Below, piece by piece: positions 9,820-20,004 of a DNA stretch of 64,000 bases (its first letter is position 1; each line of letters starts with the position of its first letter). Below the pieces are notes generated by a model. The model was not told the DNA's origin, made no database searches, and was given only the letters and a program-made list of their open reading frames with translations. The translations under genes and the position numbers were made by a program. This DNA is from Fidelibacterota bacterium (lineage in GTDB: Bacteria; Fidelibacterota; Marinisomatia; SCGC-AAA003-L08; TS1B11), in NCBI GenBank assembly GCA_042568495.1, contig JBHPIW010000011.1, positions 8,586-72,585 of the forward strand, in the 5' to 3' direction.

Positions 9820-11126
9820 GGCATCAGCTACGGATTGGCATCATTGCCTCGCTCACCCTTTTGGGATTCACTGCTTGTTCGGGTCCTGCGAAAGTCGAAA
9901 CGACCAGCTTCATCGTGGATGGCCTCCAGGTGATACTTAAAACAGCTGGCGGCAATCCAGTTGTCGCTGGTGGATTCTTCCTGCTTGGTGGTACAAATTA
10001 TACCGGTACTCAACAGGCAGGGATCGAAGCCTTCTTGCTGGAGGCGGCTACTCATGGGACGGCCAGCTTGCCGAAAGATGAGCTCAATGCCCGAATAGAA
10101 TCCATGGGGACCAAGCTTCAGGCAACTGCCGCATATGATTATAACGGTCTTACTTTCCAGTGCCTGCGGGAACATTTCGATGATACATGGAGGATGTTCG
10201 TCGACGTGCTTCTGCATCCGCGCCTTGAGCCAGTCGAACTGGATTTGGTACGGGAACAGATTATCGGCTGGATCGAGTCTGAAAATGATCTGGGTCGGAA
10301 ACAAGCCCACAAAGTTGCCAACAATCTATTCTATGAAGGTCATCCCTACGGTATCAGCACCTTAGGGAATACCTCCTCGGTTACCAGGTTCTCCCGCAAG
10401 GACTTGCTTCAGTACCATCGCAGCGATGTTACCAAGAACCGTGCCTTGCTGGTGATCGTTGGGGATCTGGATCCCAGGGACATTACCAACCGGGCCCGTG
10501 CTTTTGCACGGCAGATTCCTCTTGGTCCAGAAATGCGGCTGCCGGGCTTGTCCTTTGAACCCGGCGAGCCAGATCTAGCCATCGCTGCCCGTAACCTGCC
10601 GCGTCATGTTATTGTTGGGATGTTTCCAGCCCCTAAGCCTGGCCATCCCGACTATCCTGCTTTCACAGTTGCTATGGGTATTCTCAGTGATCGCCTGTTC
10701 GAGAATTTGGCCACCGACCAGAACTTGGCTGCTGATCCCCATGCCGGATTTGCTCACAGGATTGCCAATCATGGCTATATTATTGCATCTACTCCCAGGC
10801 CGGACGCATGTGTCAAGACTATCTTTCAGACGATCGATCAGCTGATTTTGGTCCCCATCCCGGAGAATCAACTTCGAGGCATGCTGGCCCTCTTTAATAC
10901 CCGCCATCTGATGAACAATGAATCAGCCATGAATCAAATGACCCAACTGGCGCGTTGGGAAATTGTCGGTGAGGGTTGGGAACAATCGGACCGGTACGTG
11001 CCTGAGATCAGTTCACTGCAGCCTGGTGATATACAATCAATAGTACGCAAGTATGTGAAAAACTTCCATTTCGGTGTAGTGGGAAATCCTCGAGGAGTAA
11101 CAGAGAGCCTGTTCACAAGCAGGTAG
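9816..11126 (+). CDS. M16-family protein, non-catalytic-type partner (no HxxEH), lipoprotein-like signal
   Basis: ATGA start/stop overlap with the upstream M16 gene. MRHQLRIGIIASLTLLGFTAC signal. The corresponding motif region reads GIEAFLLEAATHGT, with no His-x-x-Glu-His. Confidence 0.75.
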   Translation: MRHQLRIGIIASLTLLGFTACSGPAKVETTSFIVDGLQVILKTAGGNPVVAGGFFLLGGTNYTGTQQAGIEAFLLEAATHGTASLPKDELNARIESMGTKLQATAAYDYNGLTFQCLREHFDDTWRMFVDVLLHPRLEPVELDLVREQIIGWIESENDLGRKQAHKVANNLFYEGHPYGISTLGNTSSVTRFSRKDLLQYHRSDVTKNRALLVIVGDLDPRDITNRARAFARQIPLGPEMRLPGLSFEPGEPDLAIAARNLPRHVIVGMFPAPKPGHPDYPAFTVAMGILSDRLFENLATDQNLAADPHAGFAHRIANHGYIIASTPRPDACVKTIFQTIDQLILVPIPENQLRGMLALFNTRHLMNNESAMNQMTQLARWEIVGEGWEQSDRYVPEISSLQPGDIQSIVRKYVKNFHFGVVGNPRGVTESLFTSR

Positions 11127-11251
11127 TGTTTCACCAACCGGGCATGAATCACTTTGAGTTCGGGACACGCCCCGAAACGGTTTCCCTGCATCGTATACGT
11201 TGGTAGTAGCCGCTCTCGGCAGATCGGGCAGGTAACTGTCGGGCGTGATTC

Positions 11252-12301
11252 TCAGCGCCCCTTCAGGATTATACTGGATTCCCCTCGATGCGACATCGAT
11301 CCTATCACTGAGGCTGCCATACTGCCCTTCTCACTTAAAAGAGCAACCAGTCTCTCTGTTTTTTCGGGATCCACTGCTATCAGCAGGCCGCCGGAAGTCT
11401 GCGCATCGGCGGCAATAAGCTGATCGGTCTCGGATACTTCGCCGTCGATCACTAACACCTTTTCCACATAGGCCAGGTTACGCCGAGTGCCGCCGGCAAT
11501 GGCATCATTGGCGGCTAATTCTCTGACACCCGGAAGAAGGGGTAGGGCGGCAAAGTCGACTGTGGCCTGGAGGCCAGAGGCAGAGCACATTTCCAGCAGA
11601 TGTCCCAGCAGGCCAAAGCCGGTCACATCGGTCATGGCATGAACCCCTACCTCCAGGGCTGCTTCCGCTGCCTCGCGGTTCAGGGTAACCATGGATTCTA
11701 CCGCTTTGATAACGGAATCCTCGGGCGCGCTACCCCTCTTTATAGCGGTGGCGATGATACCGGTACCTAAAGGTTTCGTCAGCACCAATCTGTCACCCTC
11801 CTGCCCCGTGTCATTGCGGATCAGGTCCTCCTCTCTTACTTCCCCCGTTACGACCAGGCCATATTTGGGCTCAGTATCATCGATGGTATGGCCACCCACG
11901 ATATGGATTCCGGCTTCATGTGCTTTATCCACCCCTCCCCTAAGAATCTCGGTGAGCATCTCCAGGGGCAGCTCCTTGCGAGGAAATCCGACGATATTCA
12001 AAGCAAATAACGGCCGCCCCCCCATGGCGTAAATATCGGATAGCGCATTGGCCGCGGCAATTTGGCCGAACTGATAGGGATCATCCACGATGGGAGTGAA
12101 GAAGTCGGTACTCTGGAGGAGAATCCGGCCGTCACTCAGGCGGAATGCAGCTGCATCGTCAGCCTTGTCAAATCCGACGAGGATCCGATTGTCAGGCGGA
12201 TACCGAGGCAGTTTGCCCAGAACCTGGGCTAGGTCCTCCGGACCCAGCTTGCAGGCTCAACCAGATCCGTGACTCAGTTGTGTTAAACGCTTGTACATCA
12301 T
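11252..12301 (-). CDS. selD: Selenide, water dikinase (selenophosphate synthetase) with an in-frame UGA selenocysteine codon at complement(12257..12259): M(M)YKRLTQLSHGSG-U-ACKLGPEDL...
   Basis: The ORF track starts this gene at an internal GTG (12088). Reading upstream in the same frame passes through TGA, giving LTQLSHGSGUACK, which matches E. coli SelD LTQYSHGAGCGCK with Sec in place of Cys17. The downstream sequence ...TDFFTPIVDDPYQFGQIAAANALSDIYAMGG... and ...AMTDVTGFGLLGHL... is canonical SelD. Confidence 0.85.
12228..12248 (-). promoter_or_regulatory. SECIS-like hairpin in selD mRNA (GCUGGGUCC-GGA-GGACCUAGC) beginning 8 nt 3' of the UGA
   Basis: A 9-bp stem (one G-U) with a small apical loop immediately downstream of the in-frame UGA. 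Position and shape are consistent with a bacterial SECIS element. Confidence 0.4.
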
Positions 12302-12526
12302 AGACTGAATTTATCCAACCACCGTGGCCGGGGCATGGACTTTTACCTTATTCCAAAGAAGTATTAGACGTGGGGCCGACACATTAGCTGCCCTGTTGAT
12401 AAATGACCCGAAAATCATACCTGTCATCGATTTACATGGGTAACTTTTTGATCGCCATGAATAGGTTCCAGATCGGTAAACAAGGCTAATATATATTGGA
12501 AGTTGGCAATTTGTAAAGAATTGGGC

Positions 12527-14401
12527 ATGAATCAATCTGAAGAAAATCCAAAGAAGCCAGTACAGGAAATCAAGCAGGCAACTATTCGATTTGCTGGTGA
12601 TTCCGGGGACGGCATGCAGCTCACTGGTGGTCAGTTTACGGAAACCACCGGAATCGTCGGGAACGATCTGGCGACCTTGCCCGACTACCCCGCCGAAATC
12701 CGGGCACCTGCCGGTTCGCTGGCCGGTGTCAGCTCATTCCAAATCCAGTTCGGTGGAGCCGATATCACCACTCCCGGCGATGAGCCGGATGTATTGGTGG
12801 TGATGAATCCGGCCGCTCTGAAGGTACATCTACCGGAATTACGGCCTAACGGGATTATCATCGCCAATATATCTACGTTTAATAAGCGGAACCTCCAACT
12901 GGCCGGGTGGGAAGCAAATCCCCTGGAAGATGATACCCTGAAAGAATATCGGGTTGTCAGTATTGATATGAATAAGCTGGTGGAGAGCGCCTTTGAAGAT
13001 TTGGATCTAAGCAGCAAGGTTGTCGCCCGCTCGACCAATATGTTTGCCTTGGGATTGCTCTACTGGCTGTATGAACGTCCAATGGATAGCACCTTCAGGT
13101 TTCTGGAAACCAAGTTCAAATCACGACCGGAAATCGTTGAGGCTAACAAACGAGCACTGCAGGCCGGATACAACTTCGGCGTTACCACCCGGTTGATCTC
13201 CACCAGCTATGTTGTTACGAAAGCCAAACTGCCGGCAGGTACCTATCGCAATATCATTGGCAACCATGCCATTGCCCTGGGGCTGGTAGCTGCCAGTTAT
13301 CGCAGCGGCATCAAACTGGTCTATGCCGGTTATCCCATCACGCCCGCCAGCGATATTCTGCATATGGTCTCCGGGTACAAGAATTTTGGAGCGATTACCT
13401 TCCAGGCGGAGGATGAGATTGCTGCTGTCACCTCAGCCATTGGTGCCTCATTCACTGGAGCCTTGGCAGTGACCGGAACCAGTGGACCGGGTATGGCTTT
13501 AAAGACCGAGGCCATTGGTTTGGCAGTGTCCACTGAATTGCCCTTGGTGTTGATCAACGTGCAACGAGCCGGTCCGAGCACCGGATTGCCTACCAAAACG
13601 GAACAATCAGATCTATTCCAGGCTATGTACGGGCGCAATGGTGAAACTCCCGTTGTTGTATTAGCCGCTGCTACACCGGCTGATTGCTTCACCATGGCCT
13701 ATGAGGCCTGTCGCATTGCTCTCCAGCATATGATACCGGTGATCCTGTTGTCAGACAGTTATCTGGGCAACGGTTCCGAACCATGGCTGCTTCCGCGAAT
13801 GGAAGACCTTCCTCAGATAAAAAACCATAAAATCACTGAAGTGGATGACGAATTTCATCCATTTCGCCTTGCTGATAAGCACCTGATGGCCCGCAATTGG
13901 GCGGTACCCGGAACGCCAGGTCTTGAACATCGCATCGGCGGACTGGAGAAGGCTGAGAATTCCGGGAGTGTCAATTATGATGCAGAAAATCATGCGCGCA
14001 TGGTTCAACGCCGCCAGGAAAAGGTAGATGTTGTTGCCGAGCAGATTCCCGCATTAACTCCTTTTGGCGATGATCATGGTGGCCTGCTGGTATTGGGTTG
14101 GGGATCAACGTATGGCGCCCTTCGCACGGCAGTTGATCGAATTCGAACCGAAGGCCATTCGGTATCCCATGCCCACCTGAGGTATCTAAATCCCTTCCCG
14201 AAAAATCTCGGTGAAATACTCGTTAAATATCGAAAAGTACTGATCCCGGAACTTAATCGAGGCCAGTTGGCCCGGATCATCCGCTCCGAGTTTCTGATTG
14301 ACACTATTTCGTTTTCCAAGGTGCAGGGAAAACCATTTACAGCCACTGAGATTGAAGGAAAAGTACACGACGTGTTGAAGGAGCTGAAGGATGCCGGATA
14401 A
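12527..14401 (+). CDS. korA: 2-oxoacid:ferredoxin oxidoreductase, fused gamma-alpha subunit (KorA/OorA-like)
   Basis: The N-terminal gamma-like segment (FAGDSGDGMQLTGGQF) is followed by the alpha catalytic domains. It overlaps the beta-subunit gene by 11 nt. An alternative start lies at 12503. Confidence 0.8.
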   Translation: MNQSEENPKKPVQEIKQATIRFAGDSGDGMQLTGGQFTETTGIVGNDLATLPDYPAEIRAPAGSLAGVSSFQIQFGGADITTPGDEPDVLVVMNPAALKVHLPELRPNGIIIANISTFNKRNLQLAGWEANPLEDDTLKEYRVVSIDMNKLVESAFEDLDLSSKVVARSTNMFALGLLYWLYERPMDSTFRFLETKFKSRPEIVEANKRALQAGYNFGVTTRLISTSYVVTKAKLPAGTYRNIIGNHAIALGLVAASYRSGIKLVYAGYPITPASDILHMVSGYKNFGAITFQAEDEIAAVTSAIGASFTGALAVTGTSGPGMALKTEAIGLAVSTELPLVLINVQRAGPSTGLPTKTEQSDLFQAMYGRNGETPVVVLAAATPADCFTMAYEACRIALQHMIPVILLSDSYLGNGSEPWLLPRMEDLPQIKNHKITEVDDEFHPFRLADKHLMARNWAVPGTPGLEHRIGGLEKAENSGSVNYDAENHARMVQRRQEKVDVVAEQIPALTPFGDDHGGLLVLGWGSTYGALRTAVDRIRTEGHSVSHAHLRYLNPFPKNLGEILVKYRKVLIPELNRGQLARIIRSEFLIDTISFSKVQGKPFTATEIEGKVHDVLKELKDAG

Positions 14402-15422
14402 GAATATATCTGCAGAACCGCAACAACTGACACGAAAAGATTTCACATCAGACCAAACCGTGCGGTGGTGTCCTGGTTGCGGGGATTATTCGATCCTGGC
14501 CCAGATTCAGAAAACCTTCCCGGAGCTGGGACGCAACAAGGAAGACTTTGTTTTTATATCAGGAATTGGCTGCTCCAGTCGCTTTCCCTACTACATGAAT
14601 ACGTATGGTTTTCATACGATACATGGCCGGGCACCGGCTGTCGCAACGGGAGTCAAGCTGACGAATCCGGAGCTCAGTGTATGGGTAGTAACCGGGGATG
14701 GGGATGGTCTCAGTATTGGAGGTAATCATCTGATCCACCTTCTACGTCGGAACCTCGATATCAATGTGCTCTTGTTCAACAATCGGATATATGGGCTGAC
14801 CAAGGGCCAGTATTCTCCTACCTCAGAATTTGGCAAGGTGACGAAAAGTACGCCCATGGGCTCCATTGACTGGCCCTTCAATCCACCCTCGCTGGCCTTG
14901 GGCGCTGCCGCGACGTTTATCGCGCGCACTGTGGATGTGGAAAGCCAGCATCTCCAGGGCATGATCAAGGCTGCCTATGCCCACCATGGTACCTCATTTT
15001 TGGAGATTTATCAGAATTGTGTCATTTTCAATGATGATACCTTTGCAGACCTGACGGACAAATCAACCAAACTGGATCGACAATTGATACTTGAACACGG
15101 CCAGCCCATGCTGTTCGGGAGAGACAGAGAGAAGGGTATCGCAATGGATGCCCATCGTCCGGTGGTCATTGACCTGTCCGATGGAAAACATTCCACCAAT
15201 GATGTACTGGTCCACGATAAAACCGACCGCATGATTGCGCTGATCCTCAGCGAAATGACTTACCGGCCGGAGTTTCCCGTCCCCTTGGGAGTCATCTATG
15301 AGATAGAAAAGAATACGTACGAGGATTTGACGTACGAGCAGATTCAAAGCGCCGTAGATAAACTAGGACCGGGGGATATGGATGCAATACTTCATGCGGG
15401 CCATACGTGGGAATTGACATAA
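14391..15422 (+). CDS. korB: 2-oxoacid:ferredoxin oxidoreductase beta subunit (TPP-binding)
   Basis: VRWCPGCGDYSIL...GIGCSSRFPYYMNTYGFHTIHGRAPAVATG...VTGDGDGLSIGGNHL are KorB TPP-binding motifs. Confidence 0.85.
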   Translation: MPDKNISAEPQQLTRKDFTSDQTVRWCPGCGDYSILAQIQKTFPELGRNKEDFVFISGIGCSSRFPYYMNTYGFHTIHGRAPAVATGVKLTNPELSVWVVTGDGDGLSIGGNHLIHLLRRNLDINVLLFNNRIYGLTKGQYSPTSEFGKVTKSTPMGSIDWPFNPPSLALGAAATFIARTVDVESQHLQGMIKAAYAHHGTSFLEIYQNCVIFNDDTFADLTDKSTKLDRQLILEHGQPMLFGRDREKGIAMDAHRPVVIDLSDGKHSTNDVLVHDKTDRMIALILSEMTYRPEFPVPLGVIYEIEKNTYEDLTYEQIQSAVDKLGPGDMDAILHAGHTWELT

Positions 15423-15443
15423 TGTATCTGGAGGAGATATAGT

Positions 15444-15974
15444 ATGCACGAGGGTTTGGAAGACGAATTACAGCAGATGGAGGAACGGGAACAGGATGCA
15501 CCAGCTCTGGTAGCAGCCGTACACCTAGATGATCCGATCGGCAGCCTGGATCTGCAGCCTCTGATAGTGGTGGCTCCCTCTATGAACTTGGCAGACGCAA
15601 TTATCTTGATGGATGAGAACAATGTCGGGTGCTTGTTGGTCGAGGAACATCGGCAACTGGTGGGTATTTTTACTGAACGGGATGTTATTCGCCGGGTGGT
15701 TGGAAAGGGATATGATCACACTGTCATTACCATCGGTGAACACATGACCCGCGAGCCGGATACCATCCTGATGGATGACCCGATCGCATTTGCCCTCAAT
15801 TTCATGTTTGAGCATGGCTATCGACATGTTCCCGTTGTAGATGAGGGTAAAAAGCCAGTAGCTTTTGTGTCGATCAGAGATATCGTGAATCACTTGGCGG
15901 CCTTTTATCAGAAGGAAATCTTGAATCTACCCCCGCGTCCTGTGCGCAAGGGCGATTCCAGGGAAGGCGGCTGA
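15444..15974 (+). CDS. CBS-pair domain protein
   Basis: Two CBS-like segments (...LMDENNVGCLLVEEHRQLVGIFTERDVIRRV... and ...MFEHGYRHVPVVDEGKKPVAFVSIRDIV...). Confidence 0.65.
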   Translation: MHEGLEDELQQMEEREQDAPALVAAVHLDDPIGSLDLQPLIVVAPSMNLADAIILMDENNVGCLLVEEHRQLVGIFTERDVIRRVVGKGYDHTVITIGEHMTREPDTILMDDPIAFALNFMFEHGYRHVPVVDEGKKPVAFVSIRDIVNHLAAFYQKEILNLPPRPVRKGDSREGG

Positions 15975-16018
15975 CCTCTCACTCCTAACCATCAGCCGCA
16001 ATACTGCGCTATTACTAT

Positions 16019-17437
16019 ATGACAATCAAAAGGAACAACACTATGGGAACTCGAATTGAACGCGATTCAATGGGCGAAATGCAAGTCCCTGATACAGCGT
16101 ACTATGGAGCTCAAACCCAACGGGCAGTGGAGAACTTCCCCATCAGCGGTTTGCCGATCCCGACCGGGATGGTCCGTGCCCTGGGCATGATTAAGAAGGC
16201 CGCTGCACAGGCGAATCTGGATCTGGGTTTACTGGATAAAGAACGGGCAACTGCCATCATGAATGCGGCTCAGGAGGTTATCGATGGGAAATTGGACGAT
16301 CAGTTCCCGATTGATGTCTTCCAGACCGGATCCGGCACCTCGAGCAATATGAATGCGAATGAGGTAATCGGGAACCGGGCCAGCGAGATGATGGGCGGGC
16401 AGATCGGCGCGCGTGAGCCGGTTCATCCCAACGATCATGTAAACAAAGGCCAGTCCAGCAACGATATAATCCCCACTTCTATCCACGTCGCGGCTGCCAT
16501 CGCACTAGCGAAGAAACTGCTTCCGGCCCTGGAAAAACTCCACCAGGCTTTAGATAAAAAGGCCAAGGATTTTGATCATATTCTCAAGATCGGCCGCACT
16601 CACCTGCAGGATGCTACTCCTATCCGACTCGGTCAGGAGTTCTCCGGCTACGCGGCCATGGTGAAATATGGCATCGGTCGGCTGACGCACGCTCAGGAGG
16701 CACTTGGCCGGCTGGCTATCGGCGGCACAGCCGTCGGGACCGGTATCAACACCCATGTGGAATTCGGTGGCCGGGTAGCCAAGGAACTCTCCAAAATAAC
16801 GGGATTGAATTTTGTAGAGGCACCAAATCACTTCGAGGCTCAGGCAGCTTTCGATGGTGCCGTGGAGGTTTCCGGAGCACTGAAAACTGTGGCAGTCAGC
16901 CTGAGTAAGATTGCCAACGATATCCGCTGGCTGGGATGCGGACCTCGCGCCGGCTTGGCAGAACTGAAACTCCCTGCCGTACAGCCTGGCTCCAGCATCA
17001 TGCCCGGAAAAGTCAATCCGGTGATCGCCGAGGCAATGATTCAGACCTGTGCCCAGGTTCTTGGGAATGACGTGGTCATCGCCTTGGGTGGTCTCGGAGG
17101 CGTTTTCGAACTCAACCTTATGCTGCCATTGGTGGCGCGTAATCTGTTGGAAGGCATGGAATTCCTGGCGGGTGCCGTGACCATGTTCCGGGAAAAACTA
17201 CTGGAAGGTCTTGAGCCCGATGAAGATAAATGTGCCGATTACATCGAGGGTAGCTTGGCCATGTGCACTTCCCTGGCTCCCGTGATTGGCTATGACGCGG
17301 CCGCTGCGGTCGCCAAAGAGGCCTTCGAAACAGGCAAAACGGTTCGCCAGGTTGCCAGGGACAAGAATCTGGTCGCAGAGGAAGAGCTGACTCGTCTGCT
17401 TGATCCGATGAGTATGACCAAGCCAAAAGGCTCTTAA
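16019..17437 (+). CDS. fumC: Fumarate hydratase class II
   Basis: GSSIMPGKVNP signature. FPIDVFQTGSGTSSNMNANEV and the N-terminus (RIERDSMGEMQVP..YYGAQTQRA) match FumC rather than AspA (which has QGGAGTS). The start may be the internal Met at 16043. Confidence 0.85.
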   Translation: MTIKRNNTMGTRIERDSMGEMQVPDTAYYGAQTQRAVENFPISGLPIPTGMVRALGMIKKAAAQANLDLGLLDKERATAIMNAAQEVIDGKLDDQFPIDVFQTGSGTSSNMNANEVIGNRASEMMGGQIGAREPVHPNDHVNKGQSSNDIIPTSIHVAAAIALAKKLLPALEKLHQALDKKAKDFDHILKIGRTHLQDATPIRLGQEFSGYAAMVKYGIGRLTHAQEALGRLAIGGTAVGTGINTHVEFGGRVAKELSKITGLNFVEAPNHFEAQAAFDGAVEVSGALKTVAVSLSKIANDIRWLGCGPRAGLAELKLPAVQPGSSIMPGKVNPVIAEAMIQTCAQVLGNDVVIALGGLGGVFELNLMLPLVARNLLEGMEFLAGAVTMFREKLLEGLEPDEDKCADYIEGSLAMCTSLAPVIGYDAAAAVAKEAFETGKTVRQVARDKNLVAEEELTRLLDPMSMTKPKGS

Positions 17438-17470
17438 ACCCAATCCGCAAATCCGCTGGAAATCGAAGTA

Positions 17471-17514
17471 CCCCCTTGGAGTGGTCTTTTTCTCCAAGGG
17501 GGACTTCATTTTTG
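17471..17514 (+). terminator. Rho-independent terminator after fumC
   Basis: CCCCCTTGGA ... TCCAAGGGGG is a 10-bp stem with a 12-nt loop, followed by CATTTTTG. Confidence 0.6.
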
Positions 17515-17532
17515 TAATAAAACTGAACCTTC

Positions 17533-19833
17533 TTGCCTGACAAGCGTAAATTATTTCAAGATCCTGTAAAGAAGAGTATCATGGCCAAACAAAATAATCC
17601 GGGCAGCAAGAATTCTGAAAATGGTCAGACTGGTCTGTACGGCCCCCCGGAAAATGAAAAGCGATCCAGGAAGTCAAACGGTTGGCGGCAGGCTTTTCGG
17701 AATGCATTCGTTACCCTGGTGGCGGTGACAGTCTTGCTATCCCTTTATCTGGCGTACCTTTCCCGCGATCTTCCATCACTGCGGCAGCTCCAGGATTTCA
17801 GCCCTGCCGTGGCCACCAAAGTGATTTCCCGTGATGGCAAAGTTCTGATCGAACTTTTTACCCAGCAACGGGTTCTCATCCCCAGGGAACAAATGCCTGT
17901 TGATGTTCGCAATTCACTGTTGGCTATGGAGGACCAGCGGTTTTATCAGCATTGGGGTGTGAGTATGCGCGATTTTGCCCGGGCGGTGGCGGTAAATCTC
18001 GCCACCCTCAGCTATAGTCAGGGCTTCAGCTCACTGACCCAGCAATTGGCCAGAAACCTCTATGACACCATCGGCTTCCGCAAAACACTAGCGCGTAAAT
18101 TCAAGGAAATCATCACCGCCATTCAGATTGAGCGCACTTTTACCAAGCATGAAATTTTGGAGATGTACCTGAATTCCATCCACTTTGGCCATGGTACGTA
18201 TGGCATTCAGGCCGCTGCGCAGGAGTTTTTCGGGATTGACGCCCGGGATCTCAACCTGGAACAGGCAGCAATGCTCATTGGGGTGCTCCCTTCGCCAGCC
18301 CGCTATAGTCCCCTCAATCACCCGGATCGAAATTTTAAGCGCCGCAATCTGGTCCTGCGAGCAATGGTCGAAAACGGATATCTCGAAGCTGAAGAATATG
18401 ATCGGTTGCGCTTTAAACCTATTGATGTGAGACGGACAACCCTGGCGCCCGGCTCCGCACCCAACTTCACCGAGCATGTTCGACGTCAGATGGAAATCGA
18501 GGATGAGCGCCTGGGAATCAACCTGTATCGCGATGGATTGGAGATACACACCACCCTGGACTCGCGTATACAGGAGATCACTGAGCGGATTTTCACAGAG
18601 GAAATCCAGATCAACCAAAAGGTGTTTAATGAGCACCTCCTGTCGGCCGATTCGCTCATCTACAGCATAGTCGATACAACCATTTTCCCCCTCGATTCCA
18701 TAAAAGCAATGATCCGTGGTGAATTGCCGATTGATGACCGGTTAAAAGATAGACTGCTGGTCCAGGGAGCTGTCATTATCCTCGAGATTGACACCGGCCA
18801 TATCCTTGCCATGGTTGGTGGAAGGCCGGATTATCCGGACTATTTCAACCGGGCGACGCAAGCCCGTCGCCAACCCGGCTCCACCTTCAAACCCATGTTG
18901 TATATGACGGCCATTGACCGGGATTACCCCGTTTCAACACTGATGCTGAATCAGTCCCTGTCCAGCACCGGTGATGCCATCATCGACACCACCATCTGGG
19001 ATCCCCAGAACGATGATCGCTCTTCCAGCGGTCTGGTAACATTGCGCTACGCTCTTCAGCATTCCCTGAATATTGTCTCCGCCCGCATGATTCAGGAACT
19101 GGTCACGCCCCAGCAGGTAGTGGATATGGCTAAGCGCTTTCAGATCAAGACACCGTTACGGGCGGTACGAGCCATTTCCCTTGGTACCAGCGAAGTGATT
19201 CCACTGGAAATCACGGCAGCGTATTCCGCTATTGCCAATCGGGGTGTATGGGTAGAGCCTATCGCTATTACGAGCGTGGTAGACCGCCGGGGGAAAGTAC
19301 TTCGGGAATTCATCCCGGACCGCAAGGAGGTCATCAAAGAAGATAAAGCCTATTTGCTGTTGGATCTGATGAAAGGGGTGATGAACGGGGGTACCGGCTC
19401 ACGAGCACGCTGGATGTACCAATTCAACCATCCGGCTGCCGGGAAAACGGGTACTACCGATAACTGGACCGATGCCTGGTTCATCGGTTACACACCCCAC
19501 CTGTCCGCTGGAGTATGGGTGGGTATCGATGGTCCACCACTGGTTAGTCTGGGCGAAGAGCGCTATGGGAACATAGTCGCCCTGCCAATCTGGGCTCGCA
19601 TTATGCGCGAGGTTCAGGAAACTTTTGATCTGGCCAGGTTGGATTGGCCTATGCCCGATGGCATCGTGCGGTTAGATGTGTGCAAGGTCACCAAGGATCG
19701 ACCCACCAAGTATTGCCCGGAACGGGAGCGTGAAATATTCCTCGACGGAACCCAACCTCCCGACCAATGCCAGGTACATACCGGCGTGGATACCGAGCGG
19801 TATCATCCCGACGACGACATTTTCCTGAACTGA
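17533..19833 (+). CDS. Class A penicillin-binding protein (PBP1A-type transglycosylase/transpeptidase)
   Basis: N-terminal TM segment, a GT51 transglycosylase motif (MEDQRFYQHWGV...), the transpeptidase SxxK (GSTFKP) and KTG (AGKTGTT) motifs. Confidence 0.85.
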   Translation: MPDKRKLFQDPVKKSIMAKQNNPGSKNSENGQTGLYGPPENEKRSRKSNGWRQAFRNAFVTLVAVTVLLSLYLAYLSRDLPSLRQLQDFSPAVATKVISRDGKVLIELFTQQRVLIPREQMPVDVRNSLLAMEDQRFYQHWGVSMRDFARAVAVNLATLSYSQGFSSLTQQLARNLYDTIGFRKTLARKFKEIITAIQIERTFTKHEILEMYLNSIHFGHGTYGIQAAAQEFFGIDARDLNLEQAAMLIGVLPSPARYSPLNHPDRNFKRRNLVLRAMVENGYLEAEEYDRLRFKPIDVRRTTLAPGSAPNFTEHVRRQMEIEDERLGINLYRDGLEIHTTLDSRIQEITERIFTEEIQINQKVFNEHLLSADSLIYSIVDTTIFPLDSIKAMIRGELPIDDRLKDRLLVQGAVIILEIDTGHILAMVGGRPDYPDYFNRATQARRQPGSTFKPMLYMTAIDRDYPVSTLMLNQSLSSTGDAIIDTTIWDPQNDDRSSSGLVTLRYALQHSLNIVSARMIQELVTPQQVVDMAKRFQIKTPLRAVRAISLGTSEVIPLEITAAYSAIANRGVWVEPIAITSVVDRRGKVLREFIPDRKEVIKEDKAYLLLDLMKGVMNGGTGSRARWMYQFNHPAAGKTGTTDNWTDAWFIGYTPHLSAGVWVGIDGPPLVSLGEERYGNIVALPIWARIMREVQETFDLARLDWPMPDGIVRLDVCKVTKDRPTKYCPEREREIFLDGTQPPDQCQVHTGVDTERYHPDDDIFLN

Positions 19834-20004
19834 TCATACCGTGAACCGCTTCTTTTGAATAGCAGGATCTCATCCTCGCCCTTGAAGCCAGGTTCTGCAT
19901 TTAAATGGGATAGCTGATCCCCGGCTTGTTTCTGGCTGTGCCTGCCCGAACCATTGTAGTAAATTTACATCTTTACGGGAATTCCAAGCCTTGATGGCAT
20001 CTGT

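Noticed and set aside
11252-12088. ORF-track version of selD starting at GTG 12088 (278 aa)
   Set aside because: The same frame stays open upstream through a TGA to an ATG at 12298/12301 and encodes the conserved SelD N-terminus. The GTG is an internal Val codon (…PIVDDPYQ…).
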